NCBI GenBank assembly: GCA_964421265.1
Contig: CAYQWH010000002.1
Span: 1 to 39,434 of the forward strand
From: an uncultured Oscillospiraceae bacterium
GTDB taxonomy: Bacteria; Bacillota; Clostridia; Oscillospirales; Oscillospiraceae
Reading direction: 5' to 3'
Length of the DNA: 39,434 bases
The position numbers and the translations under genes are program-made. Position 1 is the first letter of the stretch; every line of letters starts with the position of its first letter. The notes under the pieces are model-generated. The model was not told where the DNA came from. It ran no database searches and saw only the letters and a program-made list of their open reading frames with translations. Below, piece after piece: positions 26,134 through 33,916 of this stretch.

Positions 26134-26214
26134 GTACATACCTCGAATTTCATCATTTAGATCGGGATCGGTATGGATCCGCGCCAATCTGAACCGTAAG
26201 CTTTAAGCGGCGCC

Positions 26215-26967
26215 TCACGCGAGGTAGAGCGCGACACGGTCAAGCATCCTGTTTATATTGTCCACCTGCGAAATCATACCGCCTATTTTTACCAGCCCCT
26301 GTCCTACGCAGACGACGGCGTTGACTCGCCCGTCAAAAAGCTCCCGCGCCGTGCGCATATCGGAAAATTCCATATATGACATCGCCTTCGCCGGCGGTTC
26401 GTGTACAGCGGCAAGCCTGTGGTCCCTTACCCGTATATAACCCACCGGGCCGCCGATTATCGAGATTTTTATATCGCCATCTACCACATTAGACGCGCTG
26501 AACCGCCCAATCTTGTCCTCATTCCCCACCTGCGCTAACGCGTCCAGTATAAGGTGGAACATTATCGTGGTGCTGACGGTAAAAAACTTCTCATCATTCA
26601 GCGCTCCGGCTTTCGGGCGCAGATATTCCGTAAGCATATCTGTCAGGCTCTGGAACTCATGCAGCAGGAAGCTGACTTTAGTCAGGCCCCGGCTTGGTAC
26701 CGGCACAGTACTGCCATTGATAAGTCCGTTGAACTTCTCCGGGCTTGAAAACGGCAGCTTGATTGCGCAATCCTCCGCGCCCTCTTTGAAGGCGCAAACA
26801 CCGTTTTTGAACACAAGCGTCCCCTCAGGGCCTCCCTTGACCGCGAAGCCAACGGAAATATTCTTATCTTCAATCAGCTCTCGCGCTCTGCCATCCAGTT
26901 CACAGAGCTTTACCAGGCCCTTGAGCACGGCATTCAGATTTATAAACGCCAAAGTCCTCTCATCCAT
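26215..26967 (-). CDS. Hypothetical protein, possibly SCP2 (sterol-carrier)-like fold
   Basis: 250 aa with a good RBS (AAAAGGAGG). The C-terminal ...ARELFDGRVNAVVCVGQGLVKIGGMISQVDNINRMLD resembles the SCP2 C-terminal helix-strand pattern. This assignment is from memory only. Confidence 0.5.
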   Translation of the reverse strand: MDERTLAFINLNAVLKGLVKLCELDGRARELIEDKNISVGFAVKGGPEGTLVFKNGVCAFKEGAEDCAIKLPFSSPEKFNGLINGSTVPVPSRGLTKVSFLLHEFQSLTDMLTEYLRPKAGALNDEKFFTVSTTIMFHLILDALAQVGNEDKIGRFSASNVVDGDIKISIIGGPVGYIRVRDHRLAAVHEPPAKAMSYMEFSDMRTARELFDGRVNAVVCVGQGLVKIGGMISQVDNINRMLDRVALYLA

Positions 26968-27010
26968 TTATCCGCCTCCTTTTACTTGCGTGGTTATTAT
27001 AATCAAATAA

Positions 27011-27157
27011 CTTGAAAGCCACTTTTCAAGTGCCGCGGCGTGCTGGCGCTGCGGCAGGCCGCGAAAGCGGCCGTTATCTGTATTCGCGGCCAATTACCGC
27101 GCGCCTTGCGCGCGGCGCCATCGCCCGGCCGAAAACCGTCTGCGGCTTTTCAAGTCA
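27011..27157 (-). ncRNA. Structured 5' UTR domain E2 of the SCP2-like/aminotransferase/pyr operon
   Basis: It starts at the predicted TSS. The 5' ACUUGAAAAGCC (rc of 27144-27155) can pair with GGCUUUCAAGU (rc of 27010-27020), giving 11 bp with one bulge. The interior holds GC hairpins CCGCGCGC-AAG-GCGCGCGG and GGCCGC-UUUC-GCGGCC. Confidence 0.45.
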
Positions 27158-27163
27158 GACTAT

Positions 27164-27192
27164 ATTATAGCCTTTTTCCGCCTCAATTACAA
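27164..27192 (-). promoter_or_regulatory. Candidate promoter of the SCP2-like/aminotransferase/pyr operon
   Basis: Minus strand reads TTGTAA (27187-27192), a 17-nt spacer, then TATAAT (27164-27169). Confidence 0.55.
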
Positions 27193-27375
27193 GAACTATA
27201 CGGTACAATTTACGAAAATAGATCTGCCGCTTACACTAAGCTCCGTTAAAAACCATGAAAAGCTTTTATAGCTCCGGAGGAGCGTCGGAGATTGCATGAG
27301 ACGGGCTGACGCGCTTTCGCGCGGCGGCAAATCGCGGATATTATCACACGCGCCGGCAACCGTCTCTCACAAATC

Positions 27376-27407
27376 GAGCCGCAGGAACAATATACCTCCT
27401 GCGGCTC
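27376..27407 (-). terminator. Intrinsic terminator after pnp
   Basis: GAGCCGCAGGA (27376-27386) pairs with TCCTGCGGCTC (27397-27407), an 11-bp stem. It starts 10 nt after the pnp stop and is followed by GAUUUGUG on the minus strand. Confidence 0.55.
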
Positions 27408-27416
27408 AAACCGTAA

Positions 27417-29558
27417 TTACTTCTTATTTACCGCTAAACCCTTCGCCTGTCTCTCGCGTATCGCCTCTTTGCGGGAGATGTTCCAGCGGCCGCGATCGTC
27501 AATGCCCGTGAACTTTACCCATGTCCAGTCACCTACGTTCAGCACGTCCTCAACCTTCTCCGTGTGCTTGAACTCCAGATCCTTTATATGGCACAGCGCC
27601 TCCTTGCCGGGTACAATCTCCACAAACGCGCCTATCGGTATTACCCTGACGCACTTGCCCCAGTAGAGCTGGCCGACCTCAGGCACGAACACGATATTGT
27701 CAATCGTCGCCTTCGCCGCGCGGCACGCCTCAATATCCTGGTGGGAGATAAATACGCTGCCGTCCTCTTCTATATCAATCTTGCAGCCCGTATCGGCGCA
27801 GATCTTCTGTATGACCTTGCCGCCGCTGCCTATGACATCGCGAATCTTATCCGGGTCAATGCGCATGGCGATCATCTTCGGCGCGGTCTTGGCAAGCTCC
27901 GTGCGCGGCTCCGATATGACCGGCAGCATTATCTCGTCAAGTATCTGTATCCGCGCCTCGCGGGTTATCTCGAACGCGTTCTCAATTATATCATACGTCA
28001 GGCCGTCATTTTTAAGATCCATCTGTATGGCGGTAATACCCTTTTTGGTACCGGCAACCTTAAAGTCCATCTCTCCATGGAAATCCTCAACGCCCTGAAT
28101 ATCTATGAACGTCTTCCAGCCACCGTTATCGTCATGGATAAGTCCGCAGGAAATACCCGCGACCGGCGCTTTGATGGGTACGCCGGCATCCATGAGCGCA
28201 AGCGTGGAGCCGCAGATGGAACCCTGAGATGTGGAACCGTTGGAGCTTACCACTTCCGATACGACTCTTATAGTATACGGGAACTCTTCTTCCGATGGGA
28301 TTACAGGTTCCAGCGCTTTTTCCGCGAGAGCGCCGTGTCCCACCTCACGTCTTGAGACGCTTCTGCTCGGGCGCGCCTCGCCGACGGAGAAATTCGGGAA
28401 ATTGTAGTGGTGAATGTAACGCTTCGACTCGTCCTCGAATATTGTGTCCAGCTTCTGGGCGGCGGACAGCGTCGCGAGGGTACAGACGGACAGCACCTGT
28501 GTCTGCCCGCGTGTAAACAGGCCGGAGCCGTGCACCATGGGCAGCACGCCCACTTCCGCGGCCAGGGGGCGTATTTCGTTCATGGCTCGTCCGTCTACGC
28601 GTTTGCCCTGCAGGAGCCATTCCTTAACTACCTTCTTCTGGATCTTGTAGGTAATCTCCTCAAGCATCGTCTCAATTTCCGGGTAGTCATCGCTAAACTC
28701 CTCAAGCATCTTCTCGACTATCGCGTTATACCGTTCCTCACGTACATTTTTGTCGTCCGTGTCCATCGCGTAACGCACATCGTCAAGGTGCCGCTCGACT
28801 ATCTTATCAAAAAGCTCCTGGTTCCACGACGCGTGTTCGTACTCGAACTTCGGCTTGCCTAACTCCGCCACCATCTGGTTTATCAGAGCTATAATGGGCT
28901 TTATGGCCTCATGAGCCGCGATTATACCATTGAGCATGACGTCCTCGGGTATCTGGTTGCCTCCGGCCTCTATCATGACTATCTTATCCATAGACGCGGC
29001 TATGGTGCAGAACATCTCCGACGTCTTCCGCTCCTCTTGCGTCGGATTGATAAGGTACTTTCCATCCTTCAGGCCCAAACCGACACCGGCAATAGGCCCA
29101 TTAAACGGTATATCCGATATGCTGACCGCCGCGGACGCGCCTATCATAGCCGCGATCTCCGGTGAGCAATCGTAATCAACGCTCATAACGGTGCAGGTGA
29201 TAACTACGTCGTTGCGCAAGTCCGACGGGAACAGCGGGCGCATCGGCCGGTCGATCATGCGCGATGCCAGGATCCCCCTCTCGGACGGCTTGCCCTCTCT
29301 CCTCGTATATCCTCCGGGTATGCGTCCCACCGCGTAGAGCTTCTCCTCGAACTCCACGGACAGCGGGAAGTAATCTATCCCATCTTTCGGTCTTGGCGAC
29401 GCGACCGCTGTCACCAGTACGGTAGTATCACCGTATGTCACCAGCACGGACGCGTTGGTAAGCTCCGCCAATTTGCCGACCTCAAGCTTCAGAGGTCTGC
29501 CTGCCAGCTCCATCTCATATTTCCTGTAATTTGGAAACTCTCTGTGTTTTATAATCAC
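27417..29558 (-). CDS. pnp: Polyribonucleotide nucleotidyltransferase (PNPase)
   Basis: 713 aa with two RNase PH domains, a KH domain (GSGGKVIQKI) and an S1 domain (GKCVRVIPIGAFVEI). It uses a GTG start 7 nt after AAAGGAG. Confidence 0.97.
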   Translation of the reverse strand: MIIKHREFPNYRKYEMELAGRPLKLEVGKLAELTNASVLVTYGDTTVLVTAVASPRPKDGIDYFPLSVEFEEKLYAVGRIPGGYTRREGKPSERGILASRMIDRPMRPLFPSDLRNDVVITCTVMSVDYDCSPEIAAMIGASAAVSISDIPFNGPIAGVGLGLKDGKYLINPTQEERKTSEMFCTIAASMDKIVMIEAGGNQIPEDVMLNGIIAAHEAIKPIIALINQMVAELGKPKFEYEHASWNQELFDKIVERHLDDVRYAMDTDDKNVREERYNAIVEKMLEEFSDDYPEIETMLEEITYKIQKKVVKEWLLQGKRVDGRAMNEIRPLAAEVGVLPMVHGSGLFTRGQTQVLSVCTLATLSAAQKLDTIFEDESKRYIHHYNFPNFSVGEARPSRSVSRREVGHGALAEKALEPVIPSEEEFPYTIRVVSEVVSSNGSTSQGSICGSTLALMDAGVPIKAPVAGISCGLIHDDNGGWKTFIDIQGVEDFHGEMDFKVAGTKKGITAIQMDLKNDGLTYDIIENAFEITREARIQILDEIMLPVISEPRTELAKTAPKMIAMRIDPDKIRDVIGSGGKVIQKICADTGCKIDIEEDGSVFISHQDIEACRAAKATIDNIVFVPEVGQLYWGKCVRVIPIGAFVEIVPGKEALCHIKDLEFKHTEKVEDVLNVGDWTWVKFTGIDDRGRWNISRKEAIRERQAKGLAVNKK

Positions 29559-29592
29559 TTATGTTCTCCTTTCCTGGCGCACGGAGCCGCGC

Positions 29593-29646
29593 CTTTTAGC
29601 ACTTGAAAACGCGTTCTCATATGAGCGCATTTTCAAACACTAAAAG
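29593..29646 (-). promoter_or_regulatory. Long imperfect hairpin in the rpsO-pnp intergenic leader
   Basis: Pairing 29593-29617 with 29622-29646 gives about 21 pairs out of 25 positions, with one 3-nt internal loop, one single mismatch, and a 4-nt apical loop. It ends 35 nt upstream of the pnp GTG. Confidence 0.5.
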
Positions 29647-29731
29647 ACTTACGCTCCCTGCAAGCTGAATTTTATCCTGAAACAGGGATATTCATGCGGC
29701 GGGTGCCGCACAAATACCCCCATGTTTCACT

Positions 29732-29998
29732 TTATCTGCGGATACCAAGTTTTCCTATGATCGCGCGGTAGCGGTCAATATCCTTCTCCTTCAGATAGTC
29801 CAAAAGGCGGCGGCGTTTACCTATCATCTTGTACATACCAAGGCGGCTGTGGTTATCCTTCTTGTGAACCTTAAGATGCTCGGTAAGCTGGTTGATGCGC
29901 TCGGTCAATATGGCGATCTGCACCTCCGGCGACCCTGTGTCGTTCTCATCGCGCCGGTTGCTCTCAATAACCGCCTGCTTCTGTTCCTTTGTAATCAT
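29732..29998 (-). CDS. rpsO: 30S ribosomal protein S15
   Basis: 88 aa, [12 protein letters not shown]...LGIRR. The start at 29998 is preceded by GGGAG. The 141-aa ORF-track extension is not protein-like. Confidence 0.95.
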   Translation of the reverse strand: MITKEQKQAVIESNRRDENDTGSPEVQIAILTERINQLTEHLKVHKKDNHSRLGMYKMIGKRRRLLDYLKEKDIDRYRAIIGKLGIRR

Positions 29999-30116
29999 GA
30001 AATAAGACTCCCTTCTTTTTATATCATACCCGGCTGAGCGCGGTAATGGGTCAAGGGGAACCGGAAACAGAATCCGGACATACCCCCAAAACAGCGCGGA
30101 GGGGCACACATATGGT

Positions 30117-30144
30117 ATCATAACACTTTTTTTCGCGTTTGTAA
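30117..30144 (-). promoter_or_regulatory. Candidate rpsO promoter
   Basis: Minus strand reads TTACAA (30139-30144), a 16-nt spacer ending in TGT, then TATGAT (30117-30122). Confidence 0.4.
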
Positions 30145-30291
30145 AGGGAATAAACAAAAAATTTCCCGGTTTTTTTCCGCGTTGTAAATAGATGATGTGA
30201 CACAGATTGGCGAAAAGAAGAAGGATTGGCGTTTCGGACCGCGTTCAGCGTATCATTCGGCTGTTGTGCCCGCGCCGCCGCTGCCATGGCC

Positions 30292-30320
30292 TTGCAATTG
30301 CCGGAAAAGCGTGGTATTAT
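30292..30320 (+). promoter_or_regulatory. Candidate extended -10 promoter for mnmG
   Basis: Reads TTGCAA (30292-30297), a 17-nt spacer ending in TGG, then TATTAT (30315-30320). Confidence 0.55.
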
Positions 30321-30322
30321 AT

Positions 30323-30477
30323 TTGAGGAACCTCTGATTAAATCGCCTGCGGCTGGCGGCGGGTATTTTCCGCCAGGAGCGCGTTGCTCAAACTTGAAAT
30401 ACGCAAAGTATTTCCGCGTTCTCGCGCCTTTTTGACGCAAACCCTTGCTCTTGCCGATTGAATCAGAGCTTCCTTAA
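30323..30477 (+). ncRNA. Structured 5' UTR domain M of mnmG, closed by a 21-23 position helix
   Basis: The segment 30325-30345 (GAGGAACCTCTGATTAAATCG) pairs with 30455-30475 (CGATTGAATCAGAGCTTCCTT) as 18 Watson-Crick pairs, 1 G-U and 2 mismatches. Two more A-T pairs are possible outside. The G-U exists only in the + sense. Confidence 0.5.
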
Positions 30478-30523
30478 CGCAAAAACATCGCCGTGACGTG
30501 GAAATCGGAGGGGGATCGCAAAA

Positions 30524-32389
30524 ATGAATTATGTTGCCGGTGACTGTGATGTCGCGGTTATAGGCGCGGGACACGCGGGAATTGAGGCCGCGCTCGTCTC
30601 CGCGCGGTTGGGGCTTAATACTGTGTGCTTCGCCGTCTCGCTTGACAGTGTGGGGAATATGCCATGTAATCCCGCTATTGGCGGCACGGCAAAGGGGCAT
30701 CTCGTGCGGGAGCTGTCCGCGCTGGGCGGGGAAATGCCCGTCGCGGCGGATCGCGCCTGCATCCAGTACCGTATGCTGAACATGGGAAAAGGCCCTGCCG
30801 TTCACTCTCTGCGCGCTCAGGCGGACAGGCGGGAATATCAGAAAATTATGAAATGTACGCTGGAGCGGCAGGACAACCTGCGGCTCATACAGGCGGAGAT
30901 TGTCGAGATAAACACCGCCGACGGCCATGTCACCGCCGTCACCACCAGTACCGGCGGCGTGTGGAGCTGCCGCGCCGCCATCATATGCACCGGCACGTTC
31001 CTCAACGGCAGAACCATAGTGGGTGAGCACACGGAGGTCAGCGGCCCCGACGGTCTGCACGCCTCCACCGCCCTCGCGCCGAATCTGATAAAGCTCGGCC
31101 TGTCGCTGCGCCGCTTCAAAACCGGCACTCCCCCGCGTATCAACAGCCGCTCCGTGGATTTCTCAAAAATGCAGATACAGCGGGGCGACGAGCACCCGGA
31201 GCCGTTCACCTTTGACCTTGAGACCGCTCCGGAAAACCGCGCTGTATGTTACCTCACTTACACAAACGAACATACCCACGAGATTATACGGCGGAACCTC
31301 CACCGCTCCCCGCTCTTCAATGGCGTAATAACCTCCACCGGCCCCCGCTACTGCCCGTCTATCGAAACGAAAATTGTAACATTTCCGGACAAGACGCGTC
31401 ACCAGCTTTTTGTTGAGCCGGTTGGTCTGGACACGGAGGAACTGTACCTGCAAGGGCTGTCCTCCTCATTGCCGGAGGATGTGCAGATAGAGGTTGTCCG
31501 GTCAATCGCGGGATTGGAAAACGCCCAGATCCAGCGTTTTGCCTACGCGATTGAGTACGATTGCGTTGACCCGACGGAGCTGTACCCGACGCTTGAGGTG
31601 AAGAAAGTGCCCGGTCTATACGGCGCGGGGCAGTTCAACGGCAGTTCCGGTTACGAGGAAGCGGCTGTACAGGGGTTTGTGGCAGGCGTGAACGCCGCGC
31701 TTAAAATCAAGGGCCAGCCGCCGCTCATTCTTGACCGGGCCGGATCATATATCGGGACGCTGATAGACGACCTTGTGACGAAGGGCACGGAGGAACCATA
31801 CAGGATGATGACATCGCGCTCCGAGTACCGTCTCGTGCTGCGTCAGGACAACGCCGACCTGCGTCTGTGCGGAATCGGGAACCGTCTTGGGCTTATTGAC
31901 GATGAGCGTTACGCAAGGGTACAGGAAAAATACGCGAGTGTGGAACGGGAAATATCCCGTCTTGAAAGCGCTTACGTCTCGCCGAACCAGGTGAACGGTT
32001 TCCTGCTGCGCCGAAATGAGCGCGAGGTGTCGACGGGCATATCCCTGGCGGCGCTGATACGCCGTCCCGGAGTGACTTATCAGGACACCGCCGAGCTTGA
32101 CAGCGGGCGGCCGCTTCTGTCCGCGAAAGCGGTCGAGTCGGTGGAAATTGAGATCAAGTATGCCGGTTATATTGACAGACAGCGTCGACAGATCCAGGAG
32201 TTCCGTCGGCTCGAGAGCAGGAAGCTTCCGCCGGACATTGACTACTGGAACATACAGGGTCTGCGGCTGGAGGCCCGCGAGAAGCTGACGCGGATCCGAC
32301 CGGATAACCTTGGTCAGGCGTCGCGCGTATCCGGCGTCTCCCCCGCCGATACAGCGGCGCTGATGATATATAGCAAACGATTTTTATAA
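30524..32389 (+). CDS. mnmG: tRNA uridine 5-carboxymethylaminomethyl modification enzyme MnmG (GidA)
   Basis: 621 aa with the FAD motif VIGAGHAGIEAA and typical GidA length and C-terminal domain. Confidence 0.95.
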   Translation: MNYVAGDCDVAVIGAGHAGIEAALVSARLGLNTVCFAVSLDSVGNMPCNPAIGGTAKGHLVRELSALGGEMPVAADRACIQYRMLNMGKGPAVHSLRAQADRREYQKIMKCTLERQDNLRLIQAEIVEINTADGHVTAVTTSTGGVWSCRAAIICTGTFLNGRTIVGEHTEVSGPDGLHASTALAPNLIKLGLSLRRFKTGTPPRINSRSVDFSKMQIQRGDEHPEPFTFDLETAPENRAVCYLTYTNEHTHEIIRRNLHRSPLFNGVITSTGPRYCPSIETKIVTFPDKTRHQLFVEPVGLDTEELYLQGLSSSLPEDVQIEVVRSIAGLENAQIQRFAYAIEYDCVDPTELYPTLEVKKVPGLYGAGQFNGSSGYEEAAVQGFVAGVNAALKIKGQPPLILDRAGSYIGTLIDDLVTKGTEEPYRMMTSRSEYRLVLRQDNADLRLCGIGNRLGLIDDERYARVQEKYASVEREISRLESAYVSPNQVNGFLLRRNEREVSTGISLAALIRRPGVTYQDTAELDSGRPLLSAKAVESVEIEIKYAGYIDRQRRQIQEFRRLESRKLPPDIDYWNIQGLRLEAREKLTRIRPDNLGQASRVSGVSPADTAALMIYSKRFL

Positions 32390-32466
32390 TGCCGTTCGCC
32401 ATATGTCACCCGGCCAAAGCGTTTAAGCAATGTTACGCAACAGATGTTTTAGGAGGTACCGGTACC

Positions 32467-32874
32467 ATGATAATTATGCTGGCGATTGACGATATGGGCG
32501 GCATGATGTTCAACAAGCGCAGAGTCAGTCAGGACCGCGCGCTTCGCGGCAGGATACTTGAGAGGGCGGAGAACGGCAAGCTGTGGATGAACAGCTACAG
32601 CGCTAAGCAGTTCTCCGAGGCGGAGAGAGGTCTGATTACGGTTGACGAGAGTTTCCTCGCGAAAGCCGCGCCGGAGGATTTCTGTTTCGTTGAGGACGCG
32701 GACATCACGCCCTTCGTGGCGGACATCCGCAAGCTCATACTCTACAGATGGAACAGGCGCTACCCGTCCGACTTCAGGCTCACGCTTGACACAAGCTCGT
32801 GGACGCTCGCGGAAACGCACGATTTCCCCGGTTACTCCCATGAGAAAATTACTGAAGAGGTTTACGTTCCATGA
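32467..32874 (+). CDS. Hypothetical small cytoplasmic protein (possibly DHFR-like fold)
   Basis: 135 aa counted from the ATG 10 nt after AGGAGG. The N-terminal MIIMLAIDDMGGMMFNKRRVSQD resembles the start of DHFR/RibD-C-like folds, which is only a weak recollection. It is translationally coupled (ATGA) to the nuclease gene. Confidence 0.5.
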   Translation: MIIMLAIDDMGGMMFNKRRVSQDRALRGRILERAENGKLWMNSYSAKQFSEAERGLITVDESFLAKAAPEDFCFVEDADITPFVADIRKLILYRWNRRYPSDFRLTLDTSSWTLAETHDFPGYSHEKITEEVYVP

Positions 32875-33809
32875 AACACAGAACAATGAATATGGCGTGC
32901 GCAGCCATAATACTCGCAGTCGCCCTTGTCCTATCAGGCTGTGAATACGTCGCCACGTCGGACGGCAATACGGGCGCGGCAGCGGGCGATATAGTTACCG
33001 TCAACAGCATACCCGCCTACTCCGGGTCGCCGTATATTGAAGTCAACGGCAATGTCCCGTATTTCACAGAGGATGAGCTGACTGACATATCCTTCGAGAC
33101 ATACAGTGAGCTTGACGCGCTCGGACGCTGCGGTGTGGCGTTCGCCTGTGTCGGCGTTGACCTTATGCCCACAGAGGAACGGGGAAGTATAAGCCAGATC
33201 AGGCCCAGCGGCTGGCAAACTGTTCAATACGACTCAGTGGACGGCAATTATCTCTATAACCGCTGTCACCTTATCGGGTTCCAGTTAAGCGGCGAGAACG
33301 CCAACGAGAGGAACCTTATTACCGGCACGCGCTACCTGAACGTTGAGGGTATGCTCCCATTTGAGAACATGGTCGCGGATTATGTCAAGGAGACAGAACA
33401 GCACGTGCTGTACCGGGTAACGCCAATATTTGACGGCAGTAATCTTGTGGCGCGCGGTGTCCTTATGGAGGCCATGTCCGTTGAGGACAGCGGCGAGAGC
33501 GTGCTGTTTAACGTCTACGCGTACAATGTGCAGCCGGGCATAACAATAGATTACGCGACCGGGGAGAGCCGGCAGGACGGCGACGTCTCCGAGTCGGCCT
33601 CCGCCGACATCGGCGCCGCGGTTGACACGTCGACAACGGCTGATGGCGGCACCACGACTTACATATTGAACACCAGCTCCATGAAATTCCACACCACGGA
33701 CTGTTCCGACGCCGAGAAGATCGCCGACAAGAACCGTCAGGAATATACCGGGAGCCGCGATGAGCTTATTGAGCAGGGCTACTCCCCCTGTGGGCGGTGC
33801 AAGCCGTGA
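32871..33809 (+). CDS. Secreted lipoprotein DNA/RNA non-specific (DNA-entry type) endonuclease
   Basis: Lipobox LVLSGC. Nuclease core ...RPSGW...YNRCHLIGFQLSGENANERNLITGTRYLN. C-terminal Cys/His module FHTTDCSDAEK...GYSPCGRCKP. Confidence 0.85.
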   Translation: MKHRTMNMACAAIILAVALVLSGCEYVATSDGNTGAAAGDIVTVNSIPAYSGSPYIEVNGNVPYFTEDELTDISFETYSELDALGRCGVAFACVGVDLMPTEERGSISQIRPSGWQTVQYDSVDGNYLYNRCHLIGFQLSGENANERNLITGTRYLNVEGMLPFENMVADYVKETEQHVLYRVTPIFDGSNLVARGVLMEAMSVEDSGESVLFNVYAYNVQPGITIDYATGESRQDGDVSESASADIGAAVDTSTTADGGTTTYILNTSSMKFHTTDCSDAEKIADKNRQEYTGSRDELIEQGYSPCGRCKP

Positions 33810-33837
33810 TATACACGGTGCCCTTGCGCGCGCAAAA

Positions 33838-33870
33838 AAGGCGGGGTCCCCGGTCAGGGGATCCCGCCTT
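33838..33870. terminator. Bidirectional terminator between the nuclease gene and the dipeptidase gene
   Basis: AAGGCGGGGTCCCC (33838-33851) pairs with GGGGATCCCGCCTT (33857-33870), a 14-bp stem that includes one G-T pair. It is flanked by an A6 run and a T-rich tail. Confidence 0.65.
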
Positions 33871-33916
33871 GTATGTATCGTGTATATCGCGGACGCCGAA
33901 ACGCGTTCACGGTTCG

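Noticed and set aside
25993-26187. Short intergenic ORFs: 25993-26187(-), 27040-27249(+), 27296-27511(+), 11448-11657(+), 30051-30440(-) and 30226-30435(+).
   Set aside because: They are made of repeat or leader sequence, lack an RBS, and have Arg/Ala-rich translations. They are better explained as non-coding structured regions.
964-27330. The dispersed repeats as a CRISPR array or degenerate array.
   Set aside because: Copies are kilobases apart, lie in both orientations, are only 85-90 percent similar over short blocks, are not regularly spaced, and there are no cas genes.
29999-30157. The 141-aa version of the rpsO ORF.
   Set aside because: S15 is about 88 aa. The internal ATG at 29998 has an RBS and gives the canonical MITKEQK start. 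The extension has no protein-like character and covers the predicted promoter.
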